A stretch of DNA of 64,000 nucleotides from Pirellulales bacterium (GCA_963733035.1 CAVTBU010000006.1:224001-288000); one strand, 5' to 3'. Shown: positions 20,960 to 29,370, counted from the first letter of the stretch. Notes: generated by a model from the letters alone, not told the origin. Numbers and translations: made by a program.

Positions 20960-20964
20960 CTTAC

Positions 20965-21040
20965 GGCCGGGTACGCAAACTGGCAAAGCGACGAGGTCGA
21001 GAGCCTCGTGATTTTGTGAGTTCGACTCTCACTCCGGTCA
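20965..21040 (+). tRNA. tRNA-Leu(GAG), C33, short variable loop
   Basis: CGAGG-TCGAGAG-CCTCG. Confidence 0.82.
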
Positions 21041-21069
21041 CTTGAATGAGATTGCGGCCAAAACTGATC

Positions 21070-21507
21070 CTACAGTGCGAGCACGCGGCACACCTCTCGA
21101 ATCCAGATCTCACCGATCCATTCCAGGTCGGCATACGGAGAGATGCGTGAAGCGGTCCAGCCGCTTTCGTCGAGTACTCGCATCATGCCGGGTGCCGCCA
21201 AGGCGTTCGTTGTGTGGATGATCACTGGGCATGTCGGCGGTTTCGTCGCGAGAAAGTCGGCCACATCGCGTCCGGTGCCGGGGTCACGCATGACACCGCC
21301 GATCAATCGGTTGGGTCCGAGATCGTGATCGAGGCAGATGAGAATCGGTTCGCCGCAGTGAACCTTCAGCCAGACGATCATATCTGGTGCATTGTCGAAC
21401 ACAATTGATTCATGGCCTGGGCAGCGACTTGCGAGGCACGGCAACATTGCGGCGATCCGTTCCGGCTCGTCGTCAAGAATTGCGACTACTTTTGATTCGC
21501 TTGCCAT
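21070..21507 (-). CDS. Cyclic-phosphate-processing receiver-like domain protein
   Basis: ILDD, LDHDLG, GTGRDV, IHTTN motifs. Confidence 0.7.
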   Translation of the reverse strand: MASESKVVAILDDEPERIAAMLPCLASRCPGHESIVFDNAPDMIVWLKVHCGEPILICLDHDLGPNRLIGGVMRDPGTGRDVADFLATKPPTCPVIIHTTNALAAPGMMRVLDESGWTASRISPYADLEWIGEIWIREVCRVLAL

Positions 21508-21533
21508 GTCAACAAGTCTAACAAATCACATTC

Positions 21534-21606
21534 GATCCCGTGGTCCAACGGCTACGACGCCTGGATGACACCCAGGAGGCAGATGGTTCAACTCCATCCG
21601 GGATCA
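21534..21606 (+). tRNA. tRNA-Val(GAC)
   Basis: CCTGG-ATGACAC-CCAGG. Confidence 0.88.
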
Positions 21607-21616
21607 TTTGCGAATC

Positions 21617-21688
21617 GGTCTGTAGGTGTGTTCGGCGGCACACCTCCTCGGTAAGGAGGAAGGCCGGGTTCGACTCCCGGACGGACCT
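21617..21688 (+). tRNA. tRNA-Thr(GGT), C33
   Basis: CCTCC-TCGGTAA-GGAGG. Confidence 0.82.
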
Positions 21689-21757
21689 TCAACCGAGCAC
21701 GCGACATAGGCGTGCCGCGAGCGCAGGGCGAAAGGAATCGAGATGGATAGAAGTGAG

Positions 21758-21790
21758 GGGCTGCTGGTCCAACGGCAAGACGCTTGGATT
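21758..21790 (+). pseudogene. 5' half of a tRNA-Ala-like gene; 3' half replaced by a hairpin
   Basis: GGGCTGCTGGTCCAACGGCAAGACGC nearly identical to 5' end of tRNA-Ala at 21838. Confidence 0.6.
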
Positions 21791-21837
21791 GAAGTCAGCG
21801 TCGATGGCAACGGCGGATCGACGCTCGTCAAATACAT

Positions 21838-21908
21838 GGGCTGCTCGTCCAACGGGAAGACGCCTGGCTTGCAACCAGGAAATCGGGGTTCGACTCCCCG
21901 GCGGTCCA
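21838..21908 (+). tRNA. tRNA-Ala(TGC)
   Basis: CCTGG-CTTGCAA-CCAGG; G3:U70. Confidence 0.9.
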
Positions 21909-21919
21909 CTGAATAAAAC

Positions 21920-21990
21920 GGGCTCATGGTCCAAAGGGAAGACATCAGGCTGGCAGTCTGAAGATCCGGGTTCAATTCCCGGTGAGTCCA
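21920..21990 (+). tRNA. tRNA-Ala(GGC)
   Basis: TCAGG-CTGGCAG-TCTGA; G3:U70. Confidence 0.88.
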
Positions 21991-22008
21991 CTGATACGGG
22001 AAACCTTT

Positions 22009-22311
22009 TTACATCGGAATACCGGCATCAATCGCAGCTTGTCGATTGTGGCCGGGTTCGAGAAGTGTCGTTCCTTGATAGACCTCGACGTTCGCGTCCA
22101 TGAGATCAGAAAGAGGCAGCTCAACATAGACCTGGGTATTACGGTCGGTCTCGACAACGTTGAACCACGGTTGTGCAACGAAACTGCGCACCTGGATTTC
22201 CAGTGACTCGCCGGGCAACAGCGTGAAGTCGTGAGGCCACGGCTCGACCCAAATGACGCGCAATTGCGCTTCGTCGTTGGTCACGCCGATCTTTGCGAAG
22301 AACTCACTCAT
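22009..22311 (-). CDS. Hypothetical protein between tRNA genes
   Basis: 100-aa ORF; WVEPW motif. Confidence 0.65.
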   Translation of the reverse strand: MSEFFAKIGVTNDEAQLRVIWVEPWPHDFTLLPGESLEIQVRSFVAQPWFNVVETDRNTQVYVELPLSDLMDANVEVYQGTTLLEPGHNRQAAIDAGIPM

Positions 22312-22443
22312 TACCCTAGCGTATTGCGGAAGCGTACGACAAACAAGTGATTCGGAAGGTAGATGCTATGGCAGCGGCGAGGGACTGCGTTAGGCTCCGA
22401 GTCACGAGGGATTGTTTTATCCGTTGTTTTGAGGAGCTCAATC

Positions 22444-23622
22444 ATGGCCACTCGACCGCAAGACTGCAGCACAACGAAGCCAGTACTGTTCCTGGGTCTC
22501 GAATTAGGGCAGCGAACCTGGAAGTTGGGGTTCACCGTGGGTTTGGGTCAGAAGCCGCGGCGACGTGAGATCGCTGCCGGTTGCATTCAGGCACTGAAAC
22601 GAGAGATCAATGAGAGTAAGCAACGTTTTGGTCTGCCTGCGGATGTGGAGGTGATTAGCTGTTACGAGGCAGGCCGTGATGGGTTTTGGCTGCATCGTTG
22701 GCTGGTGTCTGAGAACGTCACAAACTTGGTGGTTGACTCGTCTAGCATTCAAGTGCCGCGGCGGCAGCGACGGGCCAAGACCGATCGTCTGGATTTGGAA
22801 CAATTGTTGACCATGTTGGTGCGCTGGCATCAGGGCGAGTCGAAAGTCTGGAGCGTGGTGACGGTGCCGAGTGAAGCGGAAGAGGACGTTCGGCATTTGC
22901 ATCGCGAGTTGGAAACGCTGCGGGCGGAACAGACCAGCCACATCAATCGAATCAAGGGGCTGTTGATCGGTTGCGGCGTGGTGATTGATGTGAACCGCTG
23001 GCTACCGAAACGGCTCAAAGCAATACGGCTTTGGAATGGCTCGCCGTTGACCAGCGATTTGCGGCAACGGGTATTGCGGGAGTTCGAGCGGATGCAGGTG
23101 GTCAATCGACAGGTTCGCGAGCTGGAAAAGGAGCGTGCCGCCCGGATTCGCAGCAACGAAACTGACAAGAGCGTCGCCCAGGTGCGGACGTTGTTGGGCG
23201 TGAAGGGCATCGGCGTCAACAGCGCGTGGATGTACGTGCAGGAGGTGTTTGGCTGGCGAAAGATCAAGAATCGTCGTCAATTGGGTGCGCTCGTGGGGCT
23301 GACCGGCAGTCCGTATAGCAGCGGCAACTTGGAGCGCGATCAGGGAATTACAAAGGCTGGAAACCGCCGGATGCGAACAATGGCTGTCGAAATCGCCTGG
23401 GGATGGTTGGCATTCCAACCCGGCAGCGATCTGAGCCGTTGGTATCACGATCGATTCGCGGCCGGAAACAAGCGTCTTCGTCGCATTGGAATTGTGGCGC
23501 TGGCAAGAAAGCTGTTGGTGGAGTTGTGGAAATACCTGGAGACCGGCGTGCCGCCTTGCAACGCGGAGCTGACCGAGTGGGAGGACAAGATTCACTACAC
23601 CCCTTCCCTTACGCCGGCGTAG
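22444..23622 (+). CDS. IS110-family transposase/recombinase
   Basis: LGLELG, CYEAG, KTDRLD (DEDD fold); GVKGIG, PYSSG, ITKAGN; GAGGAG before ATG 22444. Confidence 0.95.
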   Translation: MATRPQDCSTTKPVLFLGLELGQRTWKLGFTVGLGQKPRRREIAAGCIQALKREINESKQRFGLPADVEVISCYEAGRDGFWLHRWLVSENVTNLVVDSSSIQVPRRQRRAKTDRLDLEQLLTMLVRWHQGESKVWSVVTVPSEAEEDVRHLHRELETLRAEQTSHINRIKGLLIGCGVVIDVNRWLPKRLKAIRLWNGSPLTSDLRQRVLREFERMQVVNRQVRELEKERAARIRSNETDKSVAQVRTLLGVKGIGVNSAWMYVQEVFGWRKIKNRRQLGALVGLTGSPYSSGNLERDQGITKAGNRRMRTMAVEIAWGWLAFQPGSDLSRWYHDRFAAGNKRLRRIGIVALARKLLVELWKYLETGVPPCNAELTEWEDKIHYTPSLTPA

Positions 23623-23669
23623 CGATTGGATCGGTGCGAGTATGGAGCGTCTGAACGACTGACGTCGAG

Positions 23670-23855
23670 ACTGGAAAGCGACCGAGTATCCGGCGGGTAC
23701 GAGTTAGGCTCACCGAAAGGTAGATGGGATCGCTTTCATTATGGCTTCCCGAGAGCGTCCAGGACGCATAGGGCATAGGGTGATCGGCGATGATGCCGGC
23801 ACGGATAGAAGCTAGTCGTTGGCCTCGGCCACAACGATCAGCGGAAGCCGCCAGT
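23670..23855 (+). ncRNA. Predicted bridge/seek RNA of the IS (also at about 40932-41117)
   Basis: Two stem-closed internal loops with segments matching target and donor junctions. Confidence 0.72.
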
Positions 23856-24218
23856 CATGACGTTGAACCGACAGAAGAAGTGTTTTGAGGAATGGCAGGA
23901 CAAATGAATGTGCATCCCAGCACGGCTCCAGCCGCGGCGTGCGGCCAGAGCCGTCACGGAATCATTCACCCGCCCTGACCTGGCTATCCCTTGTTGGGTT
24001 GCTCTTCAGCAGAGCTCAACTCCGTTTCACCAGGCAGGCGAAAGTATATCACGACTCAACGTTGGATGAGGAGCTTGACAGGTGCGCATCCATAGAAGCC
24101 GGATACGGTTGGCCGGGCCGCTCTGCTAAGGCGGTTCCCGCTCGTCGGGATGAGGGTTCGAATCGGGCACCGCGGCAAAGCCGTGGTCTACCTTCCGCTG
24201 GTGAAAAGGCTCCTCCAA

Positions 24219-24581
24219 TCACTTCGCCTGTTCCACGTCGATCGCGGCCCGCAGCTCCTCAACATTCGCGAATTGTTGAAGTGGAAGATCGAACGAGTAG
24301 TCGAGATCAATGATTCGAAGGGGGATGCCGAGATGCCTTTGAACGATCAGCGCGGCACTTAGGGCGGCGTCTGTCATCCCCGATATCGAGATCGCGTCGC
24401 GTTTCCGGCTGAGGTCGACCATCGTGAAGTCGTCGCCCTCAGAATAGTCCGCTTCAATTGGGATTCCGATGGACGTATTATATCGAATCTCACCGAATCC
24501 CCTGACCGACTTGAAAATGTCTTGCAACGCCTCGACGGTAAATAGCCGTTTGTCGTCGCTGAACAGCAGAAGACTTTGCAT
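24219..24581 (-). CDS. Hypothetical protein, candidate immunity protein
   Basis: Directly downstream of nuclease-toxin ORF; GGAG RBS. Confidence 0.6.
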   Translation of the reverse strand: MQSLLLFSDDKRLFTVEALQDIFKSVRGFGEIRYNTSIGIPIEADYSEGDDFTMVDLSRKRDAISISGMTDAALSAALIVQRHLGIPLRIIDLDYSFDLPLQQFANVEELRAAIDVEQAK

Positions 24582-24596
24582 AGCAATTACGTACTC

Positions 24597-25867
24597 CTAG
24601 GGCTCGAGTCGCACCTTGCCGGGCACGGATAGTTCCTTGAGCAGGGCTTCAAAAGCTGACTTCGCCTCGGGCGAGTTGGTGATGATTTCGATTGATTTAA
24701 AAGGCGTTTCGCCACTCTTGATAATTGTGCGAACTCTCGTCAAATCGTCACGCACTTTGTCCAGAATCACGGCCCGGATGTCCTCTCGGATAGATGAGCC
24801 GGGCACATAAGGACTCTTGCCGGCCTTCGCTACGTGCTTCGCTTCAAGAATTATCGTATCCCGGTATCCATCGATTGCAAAAGACTGGCCGCCGCCTGAT
24901 ATCGTGTAGTTGTAGGGGCCGGTCTGCTTGATTTCATATTGACTCGCTGCCGATTTCGTGGGTGTAGGCTTGCGAGGAAGCTTCGCGACGAAGTCATCAA
25001 GAGTGCCTCCCACTTTTCCAGGAACTTTGCGAAGCGCCCTGCCGAGCACAGCCTTCCCGAGTCGCAGGATTGCCGGTGCGGCCACGACGGCGGATGCAAT
25101 TTCAAACTCAATGCCGGTTGACTGCAAACCACTCGGTGTGCCGCCCCTGGCTACGGCATGCCCGACTTCCTCGATACCCTTGCCACCGACGATCGTCTCT
25201 GCCGGGGTGAACGCCGAATGCTGTTTCGCTGGGCGTGATAGCTCTTAATGCGTTTCGGCAATTCCTTGATTTGGCGACGGGTGTGATCCAATGCATTCTT
25301 TGTCTGCCACCAAGCGTGTGCCAGGTCCAGCATGTGTGAGTCGGAACCGTCGGACTCGTCGCTTCCGCCGCTACCGGGCCCCTTGCTGCGGGGTGAGCGA
25401 CTCTTGCCGGTGTTGATTCCGCCCCCACCGCCCCCCTTATTGATCCACTGCCCGCCGATCGGCGTTCCCTTGGGCGCCCGGGGATGATCGGCCTCGTTCC
25501 ATTCGACAACAAGTGAGTCTGATTCAGTGAATCGCTCGATCGCATGCCACGTCCTGCTGTCCCGTGCCTCGATCTGTTGAATCGCACGCAGTTTGTCTTC
25601 CGCCTCGGCCGAGATCTGAGCTGCCCATTCCAGAAGCTCACGATCGCGACGAGCGTTGGCTTCGGCGGATTGCAGCTCGCGCAGCTCCTTTGCCTGTCGA
25701 TACGAGAATCGTGCTAGCCGCCCCAACTCCTCGCGTTGAGCTTTCGCCTGTGCCTCGGGAGGCATCATTCGTGGAATCGGCCTACCGAGAATCGCTTGTG
25801 CAAATAGCCAACCTTCGCTGGGCTGCGAAACTCCGGCGACATCCCGTGTCTTTTTGTAACGGTCCAT
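24597..25867 (-). CDS. Polymorphic-toxin-like protein with C-terminal restriction-endonuclease-fold domain (frameshifted near 25130-25230)
   Basis: LFAQAILG, RDRELLEW shared with 14049; HPRAPKG..GGQW; IDGY...LEAK PD-(D/E)XK motif. Confidence 0.6.
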
Positions 25868-25891
25868 GACGCTCCTCTTCATGGGTGCGAG

Positions 25892-26034
25892 AAAAAGAGC
25901 CCGCACCCGGTGCGCGCTTCGCAAGCGCGCACCGATTACGGGCTCTTTGGATACTCGTTGTCAGGGGCCTACTGGCACGAGGACGTGCAGTCGAGCTCTT
26001 CGGATACCCCGGTCACTCATGGTGACCTTGCCCA
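25892..26034 (-). promoter_or_regulatory. Structured leader/terminator, second copy
   Basis: Homologous to 13876-14017 with covarying stems. Confidence 0.65.
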
Positions 26035-26179
26035 GCGATCAGCTCGCCGATTGATTCGGAACCTAGCACAAAGGGCGGCCTAGTTTCTAGTCGAAGATTT
26101 AATGGAGTGATTGGTCTGAGCAAATACGTCGCGCGAACCGTGCGGCGTGGATCTGTTTCCTTTTCTAATGTCTCAGCTC

Positions 26180-26269
26180 GCCTCGATGGTGAAACGGACG
26201 ATCACTCCTTGCTTCTAACAAGGCCCGGTATTTCTGGGAGACGCGGGGGTTCGAATCCTGGTCGGGGCA
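26180..26269 (+). pseudogene. tRNA-Arg(TCT) with hairpin insertion at variable loop/T stem
   Basis: CCTTG-CTTCTAA-CAAGG; 17 nt longer than intact copy at 41457. Confidence 0.75.
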
Positions 26270-26368
26270 TTTTGAAGAAGAGTGGTTGGTGGTCAGTGGC
26301 TAGTGGTCAGTGAAGCAAGGGGCGGCGAACACAAAGCGTGCTCGTCTGTCCTACCTGTGGCCTGTGGT

Positions 26369-26436
26369 CTACCGCCCTGCGCTCGGCAGATGCCCATCTG
26401 CCGTGCTCGGTTGCTGGTTCAATTCCTCGGCGAGGC
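26369..26436 (+). pseudogene. 3' remnant of tRNA-Arg(TCG) fused to hairpin micro-element
   Basis: GGTTCAATTCCTCGGCGAGGCA matches 3' end of tRNA at 42884-42956. Confidence 0.7.
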
Positions 26437-26616
26437 ACTGAGAAGGCGGCGAGTTGAATGATCATGTTGCGAGCGATCCTAACAGCGTTGAGACGATTCC
26501 TGTTTGGCCAGCCTGTGGCCAGCAGGGTGACCGCGAAGAAACCGTCGGCAGAAGCCGTCGCGTGTGCGGTCGTTCATTCGACGACGTCGGCGGATCGCAA
26601 CGAAGGGAGGCCTACC

Positions 26617-27108
26617 ATGAACGCAGCCTATGACAAACTATGCGAACACCTGACCAACCAGAACGTCGGCTTTTGGTCGCGCAGCGAGGACTTGTCGATC
26701 TGCACCGACTTTCGGGGCGAGGTCGGTACGTACCGGATCTTCGCTCGGATTGATGCTGATGACAGCTTGTTCCAGGTCTTCGGTCATTCGCCGGTTCGCG
26801 TTCCGCCAGGCTCGCGGCCGGCGATCGCCGAGGCCGTGGCGCGGATCAACTGCGGTCTGAAGGTCGGCAAGTTCGAGATGGATTGTGACGAGGGCGAGCT
26901 GCGGTTCCAGGCGGCCCAGATCCTGCCCGACGACGATCTCGACGAGCAGACGATTCGGCGACTGATTGGTACGACCATGTCGATGTTGAACATTTACCTT
27001 CCGGCCATCTTGTCGGTCATCTACGGCAACGAACTGCCGAAGGATGCCGTCAGACACGCAGAGCCCGGGCGGTATGTGTCCGACGAAAACGAGCGCGGTG
27101 AGGCCTGA
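26617..27108 (+). CDS. YbjN-domain protein, copy 1
   Basis: AEAVARINCGLKVGKFEMD..GELRF; GGAGG RBS. Confidence 0.8.
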   Translation: MNAAYDKLCEHLTNQNVGFWSRSEDLSICTDFRGEVGTYRIFARIDADDSLFQVFGHSPVRVPPGSRPAIAEAVARINCGLKVGKFEMDCDEGELRFQAAQILPDDDLDEQTIRRLIGTTMSMLNIYLPAILSVIYGNELPKDAVRHAEPGRYVSDENERGEA

Positions 27109-27121
27109 TCACCGCGCATTT

Positions 27122-27194
27122 GTCCTCGGAGTGTGCCGGATTCGCACGCGACCCTGCGAAGGTCGAGGACCAGGTTCAACTCCTGGCGAGGACA
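27122..27194 (+). tRNA. tRNA-Arg(GCG)
   Basis: CGACC-CTGCGAA-GGTCG. Confidence 0.85.
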
Positions 27195-27241
27195 TTTTGG
27201 AATGTCGCGGGATTGTGTACCGTAGTAGCGGGAGACACTCA

Positions 27242-27706
27242 ATGAACTTGCAGCATGAAAATCACGGTCCCTTGCCGACGCGCGAGGACATTAATGTCTT
27301 CGACTCGCTTGACGAACGTTGCGCTTGCGATCACTTTTTGGGCAAGAACATGGACGAGGCTCAGGCACTGTTCAGTGATAATTTCTTGCGTTACCAGGAG
27401 GATTTGGTGTTTATGGGGCCTCGTGCCTTCCGCTTCTACGTTCATGCTGCCATGCAATACCTCATGAGCCCCGATGCCTCAGGTGACGGCGATGCCGCCA
27501 ACAGTTTCGCAGGGCTACTTGAATTCAGACTTGAACATGAGAGGAACGAAGTGCAGCCAGTGGCAGGTGAGCTAGCGCGGATATGCAATTACCTCTTCGA
27601 AAATATTAGTCGATTCGAATGTGAGCCATCCATCTATGGCGATGTTGGCGCTCGTTATGCAGCTCTGAATAGCGCGCTCGAACAACTCGCCACGACACAG
27701 CCCTAA
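27242..27706 (+). CDS. Hypothetical protein between tRNA genes
   Basis: 154-aa ORF, GGGAG RBS; EDLVFMGPRAFRFY. Confidence 0.7.
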   Translation: MNLQHENHGPLPTREDINVFDSLDERCACDHFLGKNMDEAQALFSDNFLRYQEDLVFMGPRAFRFYVHAAMQYLMSPDASGDGDAANSFAGLLEFRLEHERNEVQPVAGELARICNYLFENISRFECEPSIYGDVGARYAALNSALEQLATTQP

Positions 27707-27750
27707 CCCAACATGGTCCGGCTCGTGCAGCAGCATCAATTCTCAAATCT

Positions 27751-27822
27751 GACGCTGAAGCCAGACGGCGTGGCAACTGCCTGCAAAGCAGTTCACAGCG
27801 GGTTCGACTCCCGCCGGCGTCT
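27751..27822 (+). tRNA. tRNA-Cys(GCA)
   Basis: ACTGC-CTGCAAA-GCAGT; U73. Confidence 0.88.
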
Positions 27823-27846
27823 TTCAACGAAGTCAGAAAGGAGATT

Positions 27847-28358
27847 GAAGCGAGGTTGATTCAGCCGGTTCCAGCGGCGCGCGGTGGCTCGTCCTTGATG
27901 AAAGGCGATTGCTACACGTGTGTTCCGTGAATGGGTTCTGCAGAAGGCTGCGTCTACCGCAACCAACAGATGGTTAGCTCAGTGGGTAGAGCACCAGACT
28001 TTGCATCTGGCTGTCACGGGTTCGACTCCCGTACCAAACGCGGCGAAAGCCGCCCGAGGGGCGCCGGTCAGCGCCGTCCAACCGCCCGCGGGGGCGGGCA
28101 AGCCTAGGTCTGCCGCTGGCATTGTGCTCGCATGGCGCGGTTTCGCGTCGTGACGTGTCACATGTCGGTGGCAACACAAGACGGTGCCTTGCAGTGCGCA
28201 GATTCCGCTTGTGCGAGTCCTTGGCAACGACGAACCGACGCCGTTGGCAATGCGAGAGCCATGCTCACGCAGCGCCTTCGGCTGAGCCAAACTGGCGCCT
28301 TGGATAGCACAAGCTCAAGCGCACTCCGCATACGGATGTGGGACCGACGTCTCGCTTC
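27847..28358 (+). ncRNA. Large structured ncRNA with embedded tRNA-like domain, copy 1
   Basis: Terminal stem GAAGCGAG/CTCGCTTC; covariation against 44509-45026; tRNA-like core 27971-28036. Confidence 0.7.
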
Positions 28359-28439
28359 GCCCCCAAGGGCATTTTTATGCGAACTAACTCGGTGGCTCGG
28401 ACGTCCAATACGTTCATGCACCGAGAGGAGGAATAAACA

Positions 28440-29354
28440 ATGAATATCTACATCATCAAGACCATCAAGATCCGCAGCTACGAAATGGGTCTGTACTTCC
28501 GCGACGGCGAGTTCCGTGGCTTGCTGCGCGAAGGTCGCCACTGGTTCGTAGATCCGCTGGGGAAGGCCAAGATCGAGGTCGTATCGCAGCGGCAGCCGTG
28601 GCTGGCGCACGAGAAGCTCGACGTGATCTCGCGCTCGGGTGCGCTCGAGGACCGCGCGGTGGTGCTGGACCTGAAGGACTACGAACGGGCTTTGGTCTGG
28701 ATCGATGGTCACTTCAGCCACATCCTGCCGCCGGGCCTGTACGCCTACTGGACGGCTCTGCGTGACGTGAAGGTCGAGGTGGTCGATGCCCGCAAGGCGC
28801 GGTTCGAGCACCCGGATCTGAAGGTCATCCTGCAGTCGCCGCTGGTGGACCGTGTGCTGTCGCTGGCGACGGTGCAGGCGCACCACATGGGCGTGTTGTT
28901 CATCGACGGCGACTTCGTCGAGACGTTGCCGCCGGGCCGCTACGCCTTCTGGAAGAACCTGGCTCAGGTCAAGTTCGTCGAGGAGGATATGCGCGAGGCG
29001 ATGTTCGACGTGGCCGGCCAGGACATCATGACGGCCGATAAGGTGACGCTGCGAATGACCGAGCTGATGGAGAAGTTCCCGGTCCACGTGGTGTGCGGCT
29101 GGACCGGCAACAGCGAGGCGATCGCGCTGAAGCACTACCTCCAGGTCACCGACGACCATTTCGAGCGGGCCGTGCGGGGCGAGGCCGAGATCGGGCCGGA
29201 AGTCACGCCGACTGTTACCAACACTCTCGCCAACACAACGGCGCAAAAGCGGCGCAGCATGCGCACGCAGGGGGTAGCGGCGAGCAGCAGGCGGCTCAGG
29301 GCACCAACGCAAAAGCCCCGGGATTGCCGGGGCCTGCGACTTCCCGCGATATAG
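28440..29354 (+). pseudogene. Truncated slipin (SPFH) fused by deletion to integrase C-terminus
   Basis: Matches slipin at 45109 up to KVTLRM (about 29057), then TELMEKFP.HVVCGW.GNS of the integrase at 53755 onward. Confidence 0.88.
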
Positions 29355-29370
29355 CGAACACTTGTTCACG

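Larger units (their letters stand above)
22363..24098 (+). mobile_element. IS110/IS1111-family insertion sequence, copy 1
   Basis: Near-identical to 39625-41360; AG core at both junctions; subterminal CTATGG/CCATAG; long downstream non-coding end; TTGACA at 24075. Confidence 0.92.
22354..24197 (+). pseudogene. tRNA-Ser(GCT) split by IS, with extra hairpin in T arm
   Basis: GGAAGGTAG at 22354-22362 plus 24099-24197 (CCGCT-CTGCTAA-GGCGG ... CCTTCCG). Confidence 0.8.

Noticed and set aside
17417..22206. Numerous 60-190 aa ORFs over the tRNA array (also 38-39.4, 41.4 and 42.3-43 kb)
   Set aside because: They are translations of tRNA genes (GFDSR/GSIP patterns come from T loops).
22363..22443. 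N-terminal extension of the IS transposase from ATG 22363 (and 39625)
   Set aside because: That ATG is the first bases of the IS with no internal RBS; ATG 22444 has GAGGAG.
27971..28036. Standalone tRNA-Gln(TTG)
   Set aside because: The acceptor stem is only 4 bp, position 37 is C, and it is nested in a larger conserved fold.
27847..28358. Assignment to GOLLD, ROOL, tmRNA, RNase P RNA or a self-splicing intron
   Set aside because: I could not find their hallmark motifs by eye; a covariance-model search is needed.
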